Shown here one piece after another: positions 1 to 8,940 of a stretch of DNA of 64,000 nt; position 1 is the stretch's first letter, and each line of letters starts with the position of its first letter. Both the position numbers and the translations under genes were made by a program. This DNA is from an uncultured Erysipelotrichaceae bacterium (GTDB lineage Bacteria > Bacillota_I > Bacilli_A > RFN20 > CAG-826). The stretch lies in NCBI GenBank assembly GCA_902797855.1, contig CADBUI010000001.1, positions 10,852-74,851 of the forward strand, given 5' to 3'. Below the pieces are notes generated by a model. The model saw only the letters and a list, made by a program, of their open reading frames with translations. It was not told the DNA's origin and searched no databases.

Positions 1-1
1 G

Positions 2-844
2 TTTGCGAAGTTAGATTCATTTAATCCAGGCGGAAGTGCGAAAGATAGAATTGCTAAAGCAATGATTATAGACGCTGAAGAAAAAGGATTAATTAACAAG
101 GATACATTAATTGTTGAACCTACTAGTGGAAACACAGGCATTGGATTAGCCATGGTTTGTGCATCTAGAGGTTATAAACTTGTCTTAACAATGCCAGAAA
201 CTATGAGCATTGAACGTCGAAAGATTTTAGCTGCCTATGGAGCAAATCTTGTTTTAACCGAAGGCGAACTCGGAATGAAAGGAGCGATTGCTAAAGCAGA
301 AGAAATCTTAAAAGAAAATAAGAATTCATTTATGCCATCTCAGTTTAATAATATGGCTAACCCAAACGCTCACTACATGACTACAGGAAAAGAAATATAT
401 AAGGATTTAGACGGAAACGTTGATGTCTTTATTGCCGGAGTGGGTACAGGCGGAACTGTTTCTGGTGTTGGTAGATACTTAAAAGAAAACAAAAAATCAG
501 TGAAAGTTATCGCGGTTGAACCAAGTGGATCTCCAATGATTTCAAAAGGTGAAGCTGGTCCACATAAGATTCAAGGTATCGGAGCAGGATTTATTCCAAA
601 TACTCTTGATAGAAGTGTGATAGATGAAGTTATTACAGTTACTAACGAAGAGGCTATGGAAAATGCTAGAATGATTGCAAAGAAAGAAGGTATCTTAGTG
701 GGTATTTCTTCAGGTGCAGCCTTAACAGCACTTTTGAAAGTAGCGTCTAGAAAAGAAAGTGAAGGCAAAAACTTAGTGGTCATGCTTGTGGACACTGGTG
801 AAAGATATCTTTCCAGTGAACTATTTACCCCAGTAAATCAATAA
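2..844 (+). CDS. cysK: Cysteine synthase A (O-acetylserine sulfhydrylase), 5'-truncated by the window edge
   Basis: The frame stays open back to position 2 ([22 protein letters not shown]...). PLP-enzyme motifs [22 protein letters not shown] and SSGAA are present. Stop TAA at 842-844. Confidence 0.9.
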   Translation, partial: FAKLDSFNPGGSAKDRIAKAMIIDAEEKGLINKDTLIVEPTSGNTGIGLAMVCASRGYKLVLTMPETMSIERRKILAAYGANLVLTEGELGMKGAIAKAEEILKENKNSFMPSQFNNMANPNAHYMTTGKEIYKDLDGNVDVFIAGVGTGGTVSGVGRYLKENKKSVKVIAVEPSGSPMISKGEAGPHKIQGIGAGFIPNTLDRSVIDEVITVTNEEAMENARMIAKKEGILVGISSGAALTALLKVASRKESEGKNLVVMLVDTGERYLSSELFTPVNQ

Positions 845-1002
845 TGAGTCCAGATAAAAATAAAAAGAAACAAGAACAAGTTCCTGTTAGAAATACTCAT
901 CTAACTGGTGATGATATTGATATCATTAACGAACTTGACTATGAAGACAAAAAACGTCATAAACCATATGACCCATACGAACGTCATTGGGATGAGGCGT
1001 AA
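844..1002 (+). CDS. Hypothetical small charged protein (52 aa), absent from the ORF track because it is under 60 aa
   Basis: The ATG at 844 overlaps the cysK stop (TAATG). Translation by hand gives [52 protein letters not shown], with stop TAA at 1000-1002. I recognise no family. Confidence 0.35.
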   Translation: MSPDKNKKKQEQVPVRNTHLTGDDIDIINELDYEDKKRHKPYDPYERHWDEA

Positions 1003-1009
1003 AATGTTT

Positions 1010-1037
1010 TTTACTTTTAAGATATATTAACTATAAT
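1010..1037 (+). promoter_or_regulatory. Candidate sigma-70-type promoter (-35 TTTACT, 16-nt spacer, -10 TATAAT at 1032-1037)
   Basis: Read directly from the sequence. The -10 hexamer ends 7 nt before the ATG at 1045, and no Shine-Dalgarno sequence lies between them. Confidence 0.4.
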
Positions 1038-1044
1038 TTTTACT

Positions 1045-2589
1045 ATGTCTATTAAAGTAAGCTTAACAGGTGCAAGTGGAGCAATTGGAGGAGAAACTCT
1101 CCTTCATTTGCTTTCTTCACCTTTAGATATTGTTCCTAGAATTATTGTGAGAAAAACTTCAAAGAAATCATCTTTCTTTAAGAAGGTTTTAAAGTTAGGG
1201 AAAGGTAAAATTGAAATAGTTTATGGAGATATCCGTAACTATGAAGACTGCGTAAGACTTATTTCTGGAGCAGATTATGTTATTCATTTAGCAGCCTTAA
1301 TCCCACCTCGAAGTGAGCATGATGCAATGACGACATATGAAACAAATTTTAACGGCACTAAAAATATGGTTGATGCTGTTATTAATAGTGGCCGAAAAGA
1401 TGAAATCAAGTTTGTTTATATGGGAACAGTCGCTGAATACGGGAATAGAAGCTATAAACATCCATGGGGTAGAGTAGGTGATCCAATTATCTCCTCTAAC
1501 TACGATGAATATTCATATTCAAAAATCAAAGCTGAAAGATATGTTCTAGACGCTGAACTTCCTCACTTTGTTTCAGTTAGACAAACAGCGGTCGCTCATA
1601 AGTTCTTATTTAAAAATAATATGTCTGATGGACTAATGTTCCAGACAGTTTTAAATGAGCCATTTGAATGGGTTACTGATAGAGATTCAGGACTTATGCT
1701 TGAACATTTAGTGGAATATGATTTTGAGAACAAACTAGATGGTTTTTGGAACAGAATCTATAACATCGGTGGCGGTCTTAAGTGTCGTCAAATAGGGTTT
1801 GAAACAATTGATGATGGCTTTAAACTTATGGGCCGAGGTGTCAAAGATTTCTTTGATCCAAATTGGTCTGCGCTTCGTAACTTCCATGGTATGTGGTATT
1901 TAGATAGTGATGAACTTGATAGCTATCTCCATTTTAGAAATGACACGATTAATGATTTCTGGAAGAGAATGGGGAAGAAATATTGGTATTTTAAACTAGG
2001 AAGAATTGTTCCTAAATCATGGATTAGAGGCTTAGTGTTTAAACCACTTTTAAAATACGATGACGCACCGATTTACTACGTAAACCATCATAAAGATGGA
2101 TATGTTAAAGCCTTTTATGGCGGTTATCACATCTTCTATAATATTCCAAAATCTTGGAGTGACTACTCACTTTTAAGCGAAGGAAAATGTCCAGATGGAA
2201 CTTTAATTGACTATGAAGAATTTAAGACACCTGAATATGGTCTTAAACATCATTTATATTTAGATCATGGTTTTGATGAAAATAAGCCTAGAAATGAACT
2301 AGATATAGAAGATATGAAACAGGCTGCGAAATTTAGAGGTGGAGAATGTTTATCTACTTCTATGAAAAAAGGTGACTTATACACAAAACTCAAATGGAGA
2401 TGTCATGAAGGACACGAATTTATGGCAAGTCCGTACACTATTTTGTTTGGTGGTTTTTGGTGTCCAAAATGCGCTGAACCAAAACCTTGGGCGTATGGTA
2501 AACTCGCAAAAGTTTCTCCATTTCATGCTCAAATATATTTCGATGACTTTGATGAAAGCGAAGTCGATGATATTTATCCACTTAAATGA
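1045..2589 (+). CDS. NAD-dependent epimerase/dehydratase (extended SDR) fused to a C-terminal treble-clef-like zinc ribbon
   Basis: N-terminal Rossmann motif LTGASGAIGG and catalytic YxxxK (YSYSK). The C-terminus reads KLKWRCHEGHEFMASPYTILFGGFWCPKC (C-x2-H ... C-x2-C). Length is 514 aa. Confidence 0.7.
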   Translation: MSIKVSLTGASGAIGGETLLHLLSSPLDIVPRIIVRKTSKKSSFFKKVLKLGKGKIEIVYGDIRNYEDCVRLISGADYVIHLAALIPPRSEHDAMTTYETNFNGTKNMVDAVINSGRKDEIKFVYMGTVAEYGNRSYKHPWGRVGDPIISSNYDEYSYSKIKAERYVLDAELPHFVSVRQTAVAHKFLFKNNMSDGLMFQTVLNEPFEWVTDRDSGLMLEHLVEYDFENKLDGFWNRIYNIGGGLKCRQIGFETIDDGFKLMGRGVKDFFDPNWSALRNFHGMWYLDSDELDSYLHFRNDTINDFWKRMGKKYWYFKLGRIVPKSWIRGLVFKPLLKYDDAPIYYVNHHKDGYVKAFYGGYHIFYNIPKSWSDYSLLSEGKCPDGTLIDYEEFKTPEYGLKHHLYLDHGFDENKPRNELDIEDMKQAAKFRGGECLSTSMKKGDLYTKLKWRCHEGHEFMASPYTILFGGFWCPKCAEPKPWAYGKLAKVSPFHAQIYFDDFDESEVDDIYPLK

Positions 2590-3485
2590 AAACATTAATT
2601 TTTTATTTTTCAGGAACTGGTAATACTAGGTTAGTTGCAAATGAAATTAAAAATAATCTCATTGGTGAAACCACTCTTTTTGAAATTAAAAACGATAATA
2701 AAGAATTACCAAGTTTTGATGAATATGATCTTATTGGAATAGGTTATCCAATCCATGGGTTTAATTCACCATGGTTTGTCTATGAATTTATTAAAAGATT
2801 TCCGAAAGTAAATAATAAGCATTTCTTCACTTTCCAAAGTAGTGGAGAAGCTCATCCAGCGAACAATTATTCTGCTCGAAAAATCATTCATCATTTAAGA
2901 AAGAAAGGTTATATTCCTGTTCAAGATTTCCACTATATAATGCCGTATAACATGATTTTTAGACATACAAGTGAGATGGCTAAACTCTTCTATGTTTACG
3001 TTAAAGCCTTAGCGAAATATAACGCGATTCGTCTTAATGAACATGACTATGATGTTGTTAAGTATAAATGGTATAAAGGATGGCATACCCCAATTGTGAG
3101 AATCGAATGGCCGTTTGCAAAAATACACGGAAAATTATTTAAGGTTGATAAGAAGAAATGCATCAACTGTAAAACTTGTGTTAAAACCTGTCCAATGAAT
3201 AATATCGAATATAAAGATGGAAAATACATATTCCACGCGAAATGTGTTTTATGTATGAGATGTTCGTTCTATTGTCCTAAAGAAGCTATTAAACCAGGAA
3301 TATTTAATGGAAAATGGAAAATTACTGGCTCGTATAATCTCACTAAGATAATTGATGATCCAAGTGTAAGGCTCGCTAATGAAAATGATAAACAATATAA
3401 AAAACGCATTCTTTGCTATAAAAAATATTTCAAAAACGCAGATGCACTCTTAGCAAGTAAAAACATTCCATTAATATATAAATAA
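2586..3485 (+). CDS. EFR1-type flavodoxin-like protein with a 2x[4Fe-4S] ferredoxin domain
   Basis: N-terminal flavodoxin motif MKTLIFYFSGTGNTRLVA. Two CxxCxxCxxxCP clusters (CINCKTCVKTCP, CVLCMRCSFYCP). ATGA overlap with the upstream stop. Confidence 0.75.
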   Translation: MKTLIFYFSGTGNTRLVANEIKNNLIGETTLFEIKNDNKELPSFDEYDLIGIGYPIHGFNSPWFVYEFIKRFPKVNNKHFFTFQSSGEAHPANNYSARKIIHHLRKKGYIPVQDFHYIMPYNMIFRHTSEMAKLFYVYVKALAKYNAIRLNEHDYDVVKYKWYKGWHTPIVRIEWPFAKIHGKLFKVDKKKCINCKTCVKTCPMNNIEYKDGKYIFHAKCVLCMRCSFYCPKEAIKPGIFNGKWKITGSYNLTKIIDDPSVRLANENDKQYKKRILCYKKYFKNADALLASKNIPLIYK

Positions 3486-3489
3486 AAAT

Positions 3490-3524
3490 TATCTCCTTTG
3501 TTATACATTGGAGATATTTTTTTG
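3490..3524 (+). terminator. Weak rho-independent terminator
   Basis: 7-bp stem TATCTCC (3490-3496) / GGAGATA (3510-3516) with a 13-nt loop, followed by a T-run. Confidence 0.4.
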
Positions 3525-3537
3525 CTATGATATTCAT

Positions 3538-4092
3538 ATGAATAAAAATCTCGCTGTTAGAATAGTGTTTATTGTTAACATTATCGTTCACATCATTGTT
3601 GGTGCTTCTTTAATTATCTTCTCTAATGAAGCATTTGAAAGAAATAATCTCTTCATAGGAGCGATTATCCTTGTAACTGGATTACCAAATCTATTCATTT
3701 ATTTAATTGGTAAGGGCTATAGAGAATTACTTAAGCAACCATATCTCGTCTTTTCAATTGTCTCAGTTGTAATAGGTGTGGTCTTCATGCTTTGTGATGA
3801 GATATCACTTCTTCATATGTGCATCATATGGGGTATTCACGACATATGCCGAAGCGCTTATGAAATATTTGATGGAATTAGAGAACTTAGACACGATAAA
3901 CTTGAGATTTTAGAAATCATTGCTGGAGTTGCTGATTTAACTCTTGGTGTCCTTCTTTGTATTGAAAAAGAAGAAGGAATCAAGATGCATCTTATTATTA
4001 TGGGTATCGCTTTAGTGCTCATTGGAATAAGATTCCTCATTGAATTAATTATCACTATCAAAGAAAGTAAAAAGGAGAGTAAAAATGCCTGA
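3538..4092 (+). CDS. Integral membrane protein, multi-pass, function unknown
   Basis: Several hydrophobic segments. I prefer the ATG at 3538 (MNKNLAVRIVF...) over the TTG at 3508, which lies inside the upstream terminator hairpin. Confidence 0.6.
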   Translation: MNKNLAVRIVFIVNIIVHIIVGASLIIFSNEAFERNNLFIGAIILVTGLPNLFIYLIGKGYRELLKQPYLVFSIVSVVIGVVFMLCDEISLLHMCIIWGIHDICRSAYEIFDGIRELRHDKLEILEIIAGVADLTLGVLLCIEKEEGIKMHLIIMGIALVLIGIRFLIELIITIKESKKESKNA

Positions 4093-5251
4093 GATTAAAT
4101 GTCCAAATTGTAATCACGTTTTTAAAGTAGACGATAATGAATACTTAGATATTCTTAATCAAGTTAGAACTGAAGAATTTAAAAAAGAAATCGCTGAAAG
4201 AGAAAAAGCTCTTAAAGATAATTTAGACGCACAAATCAAATTAGCGAAGCTTTCATCTTCTCAAACTCTCCAAAAAGAAATAGATGAACTTAAAGCTAAA
4301 CTTTCCCAAAGTGATAAAGATAAAGAGATTGCCTTACTTAAGGCCACTAAAGAAAAAGAAGAAGAAATTCTTAGACTAAAAAACGATCTCAAACTCAAAG
4401 ATAAGGAAAATCAAAATGAGATTCAAAATCTTGAACTTGAGTTCTCTTCTAAACTTAAACAAAAAGAACAAGAAGTCGAATTTTACAAAGATTTAAAGAC
4501 TAGGATGTCCACTAAAATGGTTGGTGAGACACTTGAACAACACTGTGAAAATGAATTCAACAAGATTAGAATGACCGCTTTTAAAAATGCATATTTTGAG
4601 AAAGATAATGATGCATCAAGTGGTTCAAAAGGTGACTATATTTTCCGTGAAGTTGACGATAGTGGAGTGGAAATTATCTCCATCATGTTTGAAATGAAAA
4701 ATGAGATGGATGTTACTTCTACAAAACATAAAAACAAAGACTTCTTTAAAGAGCTTGATAAAGATAGAAGAGAGAAACACTGTGAATACGCAGTTCTCGT
4801 TTCTCTTCTTGAAAGCGATAGTGATTTATATAATGCAGGTATTGTTGATGTGTCTTACGAATACGAAAAGATGTATGTTGTTAGACCTCAATGTTTCATT
4901 CCAATTATCACTTTGCTTCGCAATGCAGCCTTAAATTCCCTAGCATATAAACGCGAATTAGTTGTGATGAGAGAACAAAATATTGATATCACTCACTTTG
5001 AAGAAAATATCAAAATGGTTCAAGATGGATTTAATAAACAATATCAATTCGCTCACGATAGATTCTCTGATGCTATTAAAGAACTCGATAAAGCAATCGA
5101 TCAACTTCAGAAGATGAGAGATGATCTTGTGAAGAGCGACGATCACTATCGAATCGCGAATGATAAGATTCAAGAAATTTCAATTAAGAAAGTTACCAAA
5201 AACGCGCCTAGTGTTAAAGCGATGTTTGATGAACTAAATAAAAATAAATAA
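4085..5251 (+). CDS. DUF2130-like protein: N-terminal zinc ribbon, long coiled coil, PD-(D/E)xK-like C-terminal core
   Basis: CPNCNHVF at the N-terminus. A K/E/L-rich heptad-like region spans about aa 30-130. KGDYIF ... FEMK resembles a D...ExK nuclease motif. Strong SD AAGGAGAG. Overlaps the upstream gene by 8 nt. Confidence 0.6.
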   Translation: MPEIKCPNCNHVFKVDDNEYLDILNQVRTEEFKKEIAEREKALKDNLDAQIKLAKLSSSQTLQKEIDELKAKLSQSDKDKEIALLKATKEKEEEILRLKNDLKLKDKENQNEIQNLELEFSSKLKQKEQEVEFYKDLKTRMSTKMVGETLEQHCENEFNKIRMTAFKNAYFEKDNDASSGSKGDYIFREVDDSGVEIISIMFEMKNEMDVTSTKHKNKDFFKELDKDRREKHCEYAVLVSLLESDSDLYNAGIVDVSYEYEKMYVVRPQCFIPIITLLRNAALNSLAYKRELVVMREQNIDITHFEENIKMVQDGFNKQYQFAHDRFSDAIKELDKAIDQLQKMRDDLVKSDDHYRIANDKIQEISIKKVTKNAPSVKAMFDELNKNK

Positions 5252-5275
5252 CGCATATTTACGTAACTAGATCAG

Positions 5276-5299
5276 GGAGAACATAGTTCTCTCTTTTTT
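5276..5299 (+). terminator. Rho-independent terminator
   Basis: Stem GAGAAC / GTTCTC with loop ATA, followed by TTTTTT. Confidence 0.6.
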
Positions 5300-5323
5300 A
5301 GTTTAGTTTGTATGTGCGCATTA

Positions 5324-5341
5324 TTTCAATTATAATTGAAA
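5324..5341. promoter_or_regulatory. 18-bp perfect palindrome TTTCAATTATAATTGAAA containing a TATAAT -10 box
   Basis: All 9 base pairs verified by hand. TATAAT lies at 5331-5336, 6 nt before the GTG start at 5343. Confidence 0.4.
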
Positions 5342-5342
5342 C

Positions 5343-7157
5343 GTGATTAATAAAGTTTCAGATTCATATAAGCACCATCCATTAGCCTTCATCATCGGTC
5401 CATTTCTAAAGATGATTGAAGCTATTTTTGATTTGCTTATTCCTTTAGTGATGAAGTCAGTTATTGATTTAAGCAGTTATGGAAGTGCCTCATTAGTTCC
5501 AAATGTATTTTCTAGAAAACTCGCTGAATTTATTTTGTTGTTTGGAGTGTGGGTTCCAGGAGAGGAAAACTTCGCCTTAAATAACGCTCTTATTGGTGGT
5601 GTGCTTATTTTACTAATGGGTATTGTAGGATTTATCTCCACCATGGTAACTCAATATATTGCCGCGAGAACTGCTGTTTTAGTTGGAAAAGAAGTTAGAC
5701 AAAGTTTATATGAAAAATCTCTATCTCTTTCTCGAATTGAAAAAGAAAGAATTGGAGAGAATAGATTATTAACAATATTGAATGCTGATTCGTATCAAGT
5801 TCAAACCGGTGTTCTTATTTATATTAGATTAATTGTTAGAGCCCCATTTATTATCTTAGGAGCGTTGGCCTTCTCTTTTGTCTTAGATATTAAAACAGGT
5901 TTCATCTTTTTAGCGATTATTCCACTTATTCTTTTGATTGTTTTCTTCATCATGAACAAATCATCAAAACAATATGTAAAGATTCAATCCGAACTTGATC
6001 ATTTGTCCACGAAAACAAGTGACACAATTAATGGTAGTAAAGTTATAAGAGCATTTAACTCAAGTGATAGTGAAAATATCTCTTATGAAAAACTGACATC
6101 TATATATCAACAAAAAGCTATTAGAGTTAGTAGATTAAATGCTCTAATTAATCCATTAACATTCGCGATTGTTTCAATTGCTACTTTAGTCGTAGTGCTT
6201 TTAGGATTTAAAAGCGCAACAACTGAATCAGTTTCAACAATCATTACTGAGATTGCCTATCTTGCTCAAATATTTGTCACATTAGTGCAATTAACAAATG
6301 TCATCTTAATTCTCACTAAAGCAAAAGTATCTTCAAAAAGATGCAATGAAGTTTTATCAATTAAACCTTCCGTTACTTATGATGAAAATAGTGTCACTAA
6401 ACAAATTAATAATGGTGAAGAAATTCTCTCATTTGAAAACGTTTGTCTTTCCTATGTTAATGGTGGAAATAACGCACTTGATAATATTTCATTTAGACTT
6501 AATAAAGGTCAGTCTTTAGGAATTATAGGCGGAACTGGTTCAGGTAAATCGACAATTATTTCTTTAATTGAAAGATTCTTTGATTCCACAAGTGGAATAG
6601 TTAGATATAAAGGTGAAAATATCAAGCACTATAATTTAAAATCACTTCGAAGTGAGATTGGCTTAGCCTCACAAAAATCAGTTCTTTTTAAAGGCACAAT
6701 TAAATCTAATTTACTTATGGCTAATAAACTCGCTAGTGATGAAGATATTATTGATGTACTTAAAGACTCGGAAGCCTACGAATTTGTGAGTAAATATGAA
6801 GACAATATCAATCACATAGTGAACGAAGATGGATCTAATTATTCTGGGGGACAAAGACAGAGATTATCTATTGCTAGAGCGCTTATCTCTCATCCTGAAA
6901 TAATTATTTTAGATGATTCACTTTCTGCACTAGATTTATTAACCGATAAAAAAGTTAGAGATAACATTTCTAAAAAATATAAAGGCATCACTAAAATCAT
7001 CGTTTCTCAACGTGTCGCAACTATTAAAGACTGTGACCTCATTTTAGTGCTTTCTGGTGGAAAACTCCTTATGAGTGGTAATCATGACTCGCTTATGAAA
7101 TCATGTCCAACTTATAAAGAGATTTTTGAAACACAAATAAGAAAGGAGAATGAATAA
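5343..7157 (+). CDS. ABC exporter permease/ATPase, degenerate-site half of a heterodimer
   Basis: Six-TM N-terminal domain. Walker A GGTGSGKST, signature YSGGQRQR, Walker B IIILDD (Asp replaces the catalytic Glu), and switch QR instead of HR. GTG start. Confidence 0.85.
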   Translation: MINKVSDSYKHHPLAFIIGPFLKMIEAIFDLLIPLVMKSVIDLSSYGSASLVPNVFSRKLAEFILLFGVWVPGEENFALNNALIGGVLILLMGIVGFISTMVTQYIAARTAVLVGKEVRQSLYEKSLSLSRIEKERIGENRLLTILNADSYQVQTGVLIYIRLIVRAPFIILGALAFSFVLDIKTGFIFLAIIPLILLIVFFIMNKSSKQYVKIQSELDHLSTKTSDTINGSKVIRAFNSSDSENISYEKLTSIYQQKAIRVSRLNALINPLTFAIVSIATLVVVLLGFKSATTESVSTIITEIAYLAQIFVTLVQLTNVILILTKAKVSSKRCNEVLSIKPSVTYDENSVTKQINNGEEILSFENVCLSYVNGGNNALDNISFRLNKGQSLGIIGGTGSGKSTIISLIERFFDSTSGIVRYKGENIKHYNLKSLRSEIGLASQKSVLFKGTIKSNLLMANKLASDEDIIDVLKDSEAYEFVSKYEDNINHIVNEDGSNYSGGQRQRLSIARALISHPEIIILDDSLSALDLLTDKKVRDNISKKYKGITKIIVSQRVATIKDCDLILVLSGGKLLMSGNHDSLMKSCPTYKEIFETQIRKENE

Positions 7158-8893
7158 TGAACGCTAAAAAACGTTTCCTTTCATACATCCTTCCTCATAA
7201 GAAATTTATTGTTCTTATTTCTTTGATGGTTCTTATTTATGTTGCCGCTCAAATTTCTCAACCATTCTTAATTGGTAAAGCACTTAATCAAATCCTTATT
7301 AGTGAAGAGAATAAGTTTTTCATCCTTATTGGTGTATGCGCTGGACTACTTTTATTTGGAATAATTGCGGATTTCATCTTTGAATACTTCGTTGGAATAC
7401 TAACTCAAAAAATCATTAAACAAATAAGAGATGACGTATATCAAAAAATTAATAGTGTCTCTATTGAAACTATTCATAACAAAAAGCATGGTGATCTTCT
7501 TCAACTTGAAATAGGCGATATTGAAAATGTCATGAATGGGCTATTCTCAGTCTTTAAAACTCTCATTGAAGGTTTACTAGCGATAGTTATCACAATCATC
7601 ATGATGTTCTTAGTGAACTGGATACTTGCACTTTTAGTTATTATCCTTACACCTCTTAGCATCATCGTTTCTAGATTTATCGCAAAATCAAATCATAAAT
7701 ACTTTAAGAAACAATCTGAACTTCAATCTGAATTAAATGCCTTGTCTTTAGAAACACTTTCTAGTAATGAAGTCATTCAATCTTTAAACTTTGAAGATAA
7801 TGCGATTGCTTCTTTTGGTTTGCAAAATGAGAATCTTAGAAAAGAGGCTAAGAAAGCTCAGTTTGCAGCCTCTTGGGTAAATCCATCCACTAGACTAGTT
7901 AATAACACTATTTATGCCTTTATTGGCATTGCTGGAATAATTATGATTTATTCTTTAGCGGTTAATGAGACAGTTACTTCATTAATGGCTGCCGTGGATT
8001 TAGGAATATTATCTAGTTTCTTATCATACACGACTCAATACACAAAACCATTTAATGAAGTTAGTGGAGTGCTCTCTGAATATGAAACCGCAAAATATTC
8101 TTTTATTAGAATTAATAATTTCTTAAATGAAAATGATGATATTGATGAAGGAAAGAATGATGTAAGTGAGATTAACACTATCGAATTTAAAGATATGTCA
8201 TTCTCCTATGATAAAGATAAGAAACTCATTGAGCATTTTAATCAAGTCATCCATAAAGGAAATAAGGTTGCAATTGTTGGCCCAACAGGAGCAGGTAAAT
8301 CAACTTTGATTAATTTATTAATGAGATTTTATGATCCTGATGAAGGGGAGATTTTGTTTAATGGTATTAGTGGCGTCACTATCTCTAAAGAAAACCTTAG
8401 AAAGAACTTCGGAATGGTCTTACAAGAAACATGGATATTTAATGGCACTATTTTAGATAACGTTAGATACGCGAAACCAGAGGCGAGCGATGAAGAAGTA
8501 ATTGAAGCTTGTAAGAAATCACATGCGGATACATTCATTCAAACTCTTCCATATGGATATAAGACAGTTGTGAGCGCTAAAGAAGGACTTTCAGAAGGTG
8601 AAAGACAAATGCTAGCAATCGCTAGAGTAATGCTACTTAATCCAGATATCGTAATTTTAGATGAAGCGACTAGTAACGTTGATACTCATACTGAAAAACT
8701 TATTTCAGATGCCTTTGATAAAATGCTACTAGGTAAGACAAGCATTGTTATCGCGCATAGATTATCCACTATTAGAAATGCTGATATTATCTTAGTACTT
8801 TCTAATGGACAAATAGTGGAACAAGGTAATCATGAATCACTTATGAAAAAGAAAGGTTTTTATTATTCACTTTATTCGTCACAGTTTAAGTGA
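7157..8893 (+). CDS. ABC exporter permease/ATPase, consensus-site half of a heterodimer
   Basis: Walker A GPTGAGKST, degenerate signature LSEGERQ, Walker B IVILDEATS, switch IAHRLST. The start overlaps the upstream stop. Confidence 0.9.
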   Translation: MNAKKRFLSYILPHKKFIVLISLMVLIYVAAQISQPFLIGKALNQILISEENKFFILIGVCAGLLLFGIIADFIFEYFVGILTQKIIKQIRDDVYQKINSVSIETIHNKKHGDLLQLEIGDIENVMNGLFSVFKTLIEGLLAIVITIIMMFLVNWILALLVIILTPLSIIVSRFIAKSNHKYFKKQSELQSELNALSLETLSSNEVIQSLNFEDNAIASFGLQNENLRKEAKKAQFAASWVNPSTRLVNNTIYAFIGIAGIIMIYSLAVNETVTSLMAAVDLGILSSFLSYTTQYTKPFNEVSGVLSEYETAKYSFIRINNFLNENDDIDEGKNDVSEINTIEFKDMSFSYDKDKKLIEHFNQVIHKGNKVAIVGPTGAGKSTLINLLMRFYDPDEGEILFNGISGVTISKENLRKNFGMVLQETWIFNGTILDNVRYAKPEASDEEVIEACKKSHADTFIQTLPYGYKTVVSAKEGLSEGERQMLAIARVMLLNPDIVILDEATSNVDTHTEKLISDAFDKMLLGKTSIVIAHRLSTIRNADIILVLSNGQIVEQGNHESLMKKKGFYYSLYSSQFK

Positions 8894-8940
8894 GCATTTT
8901 ATTTCTTAAAATAAGAGTAATGTTATAGAATATAACAACT

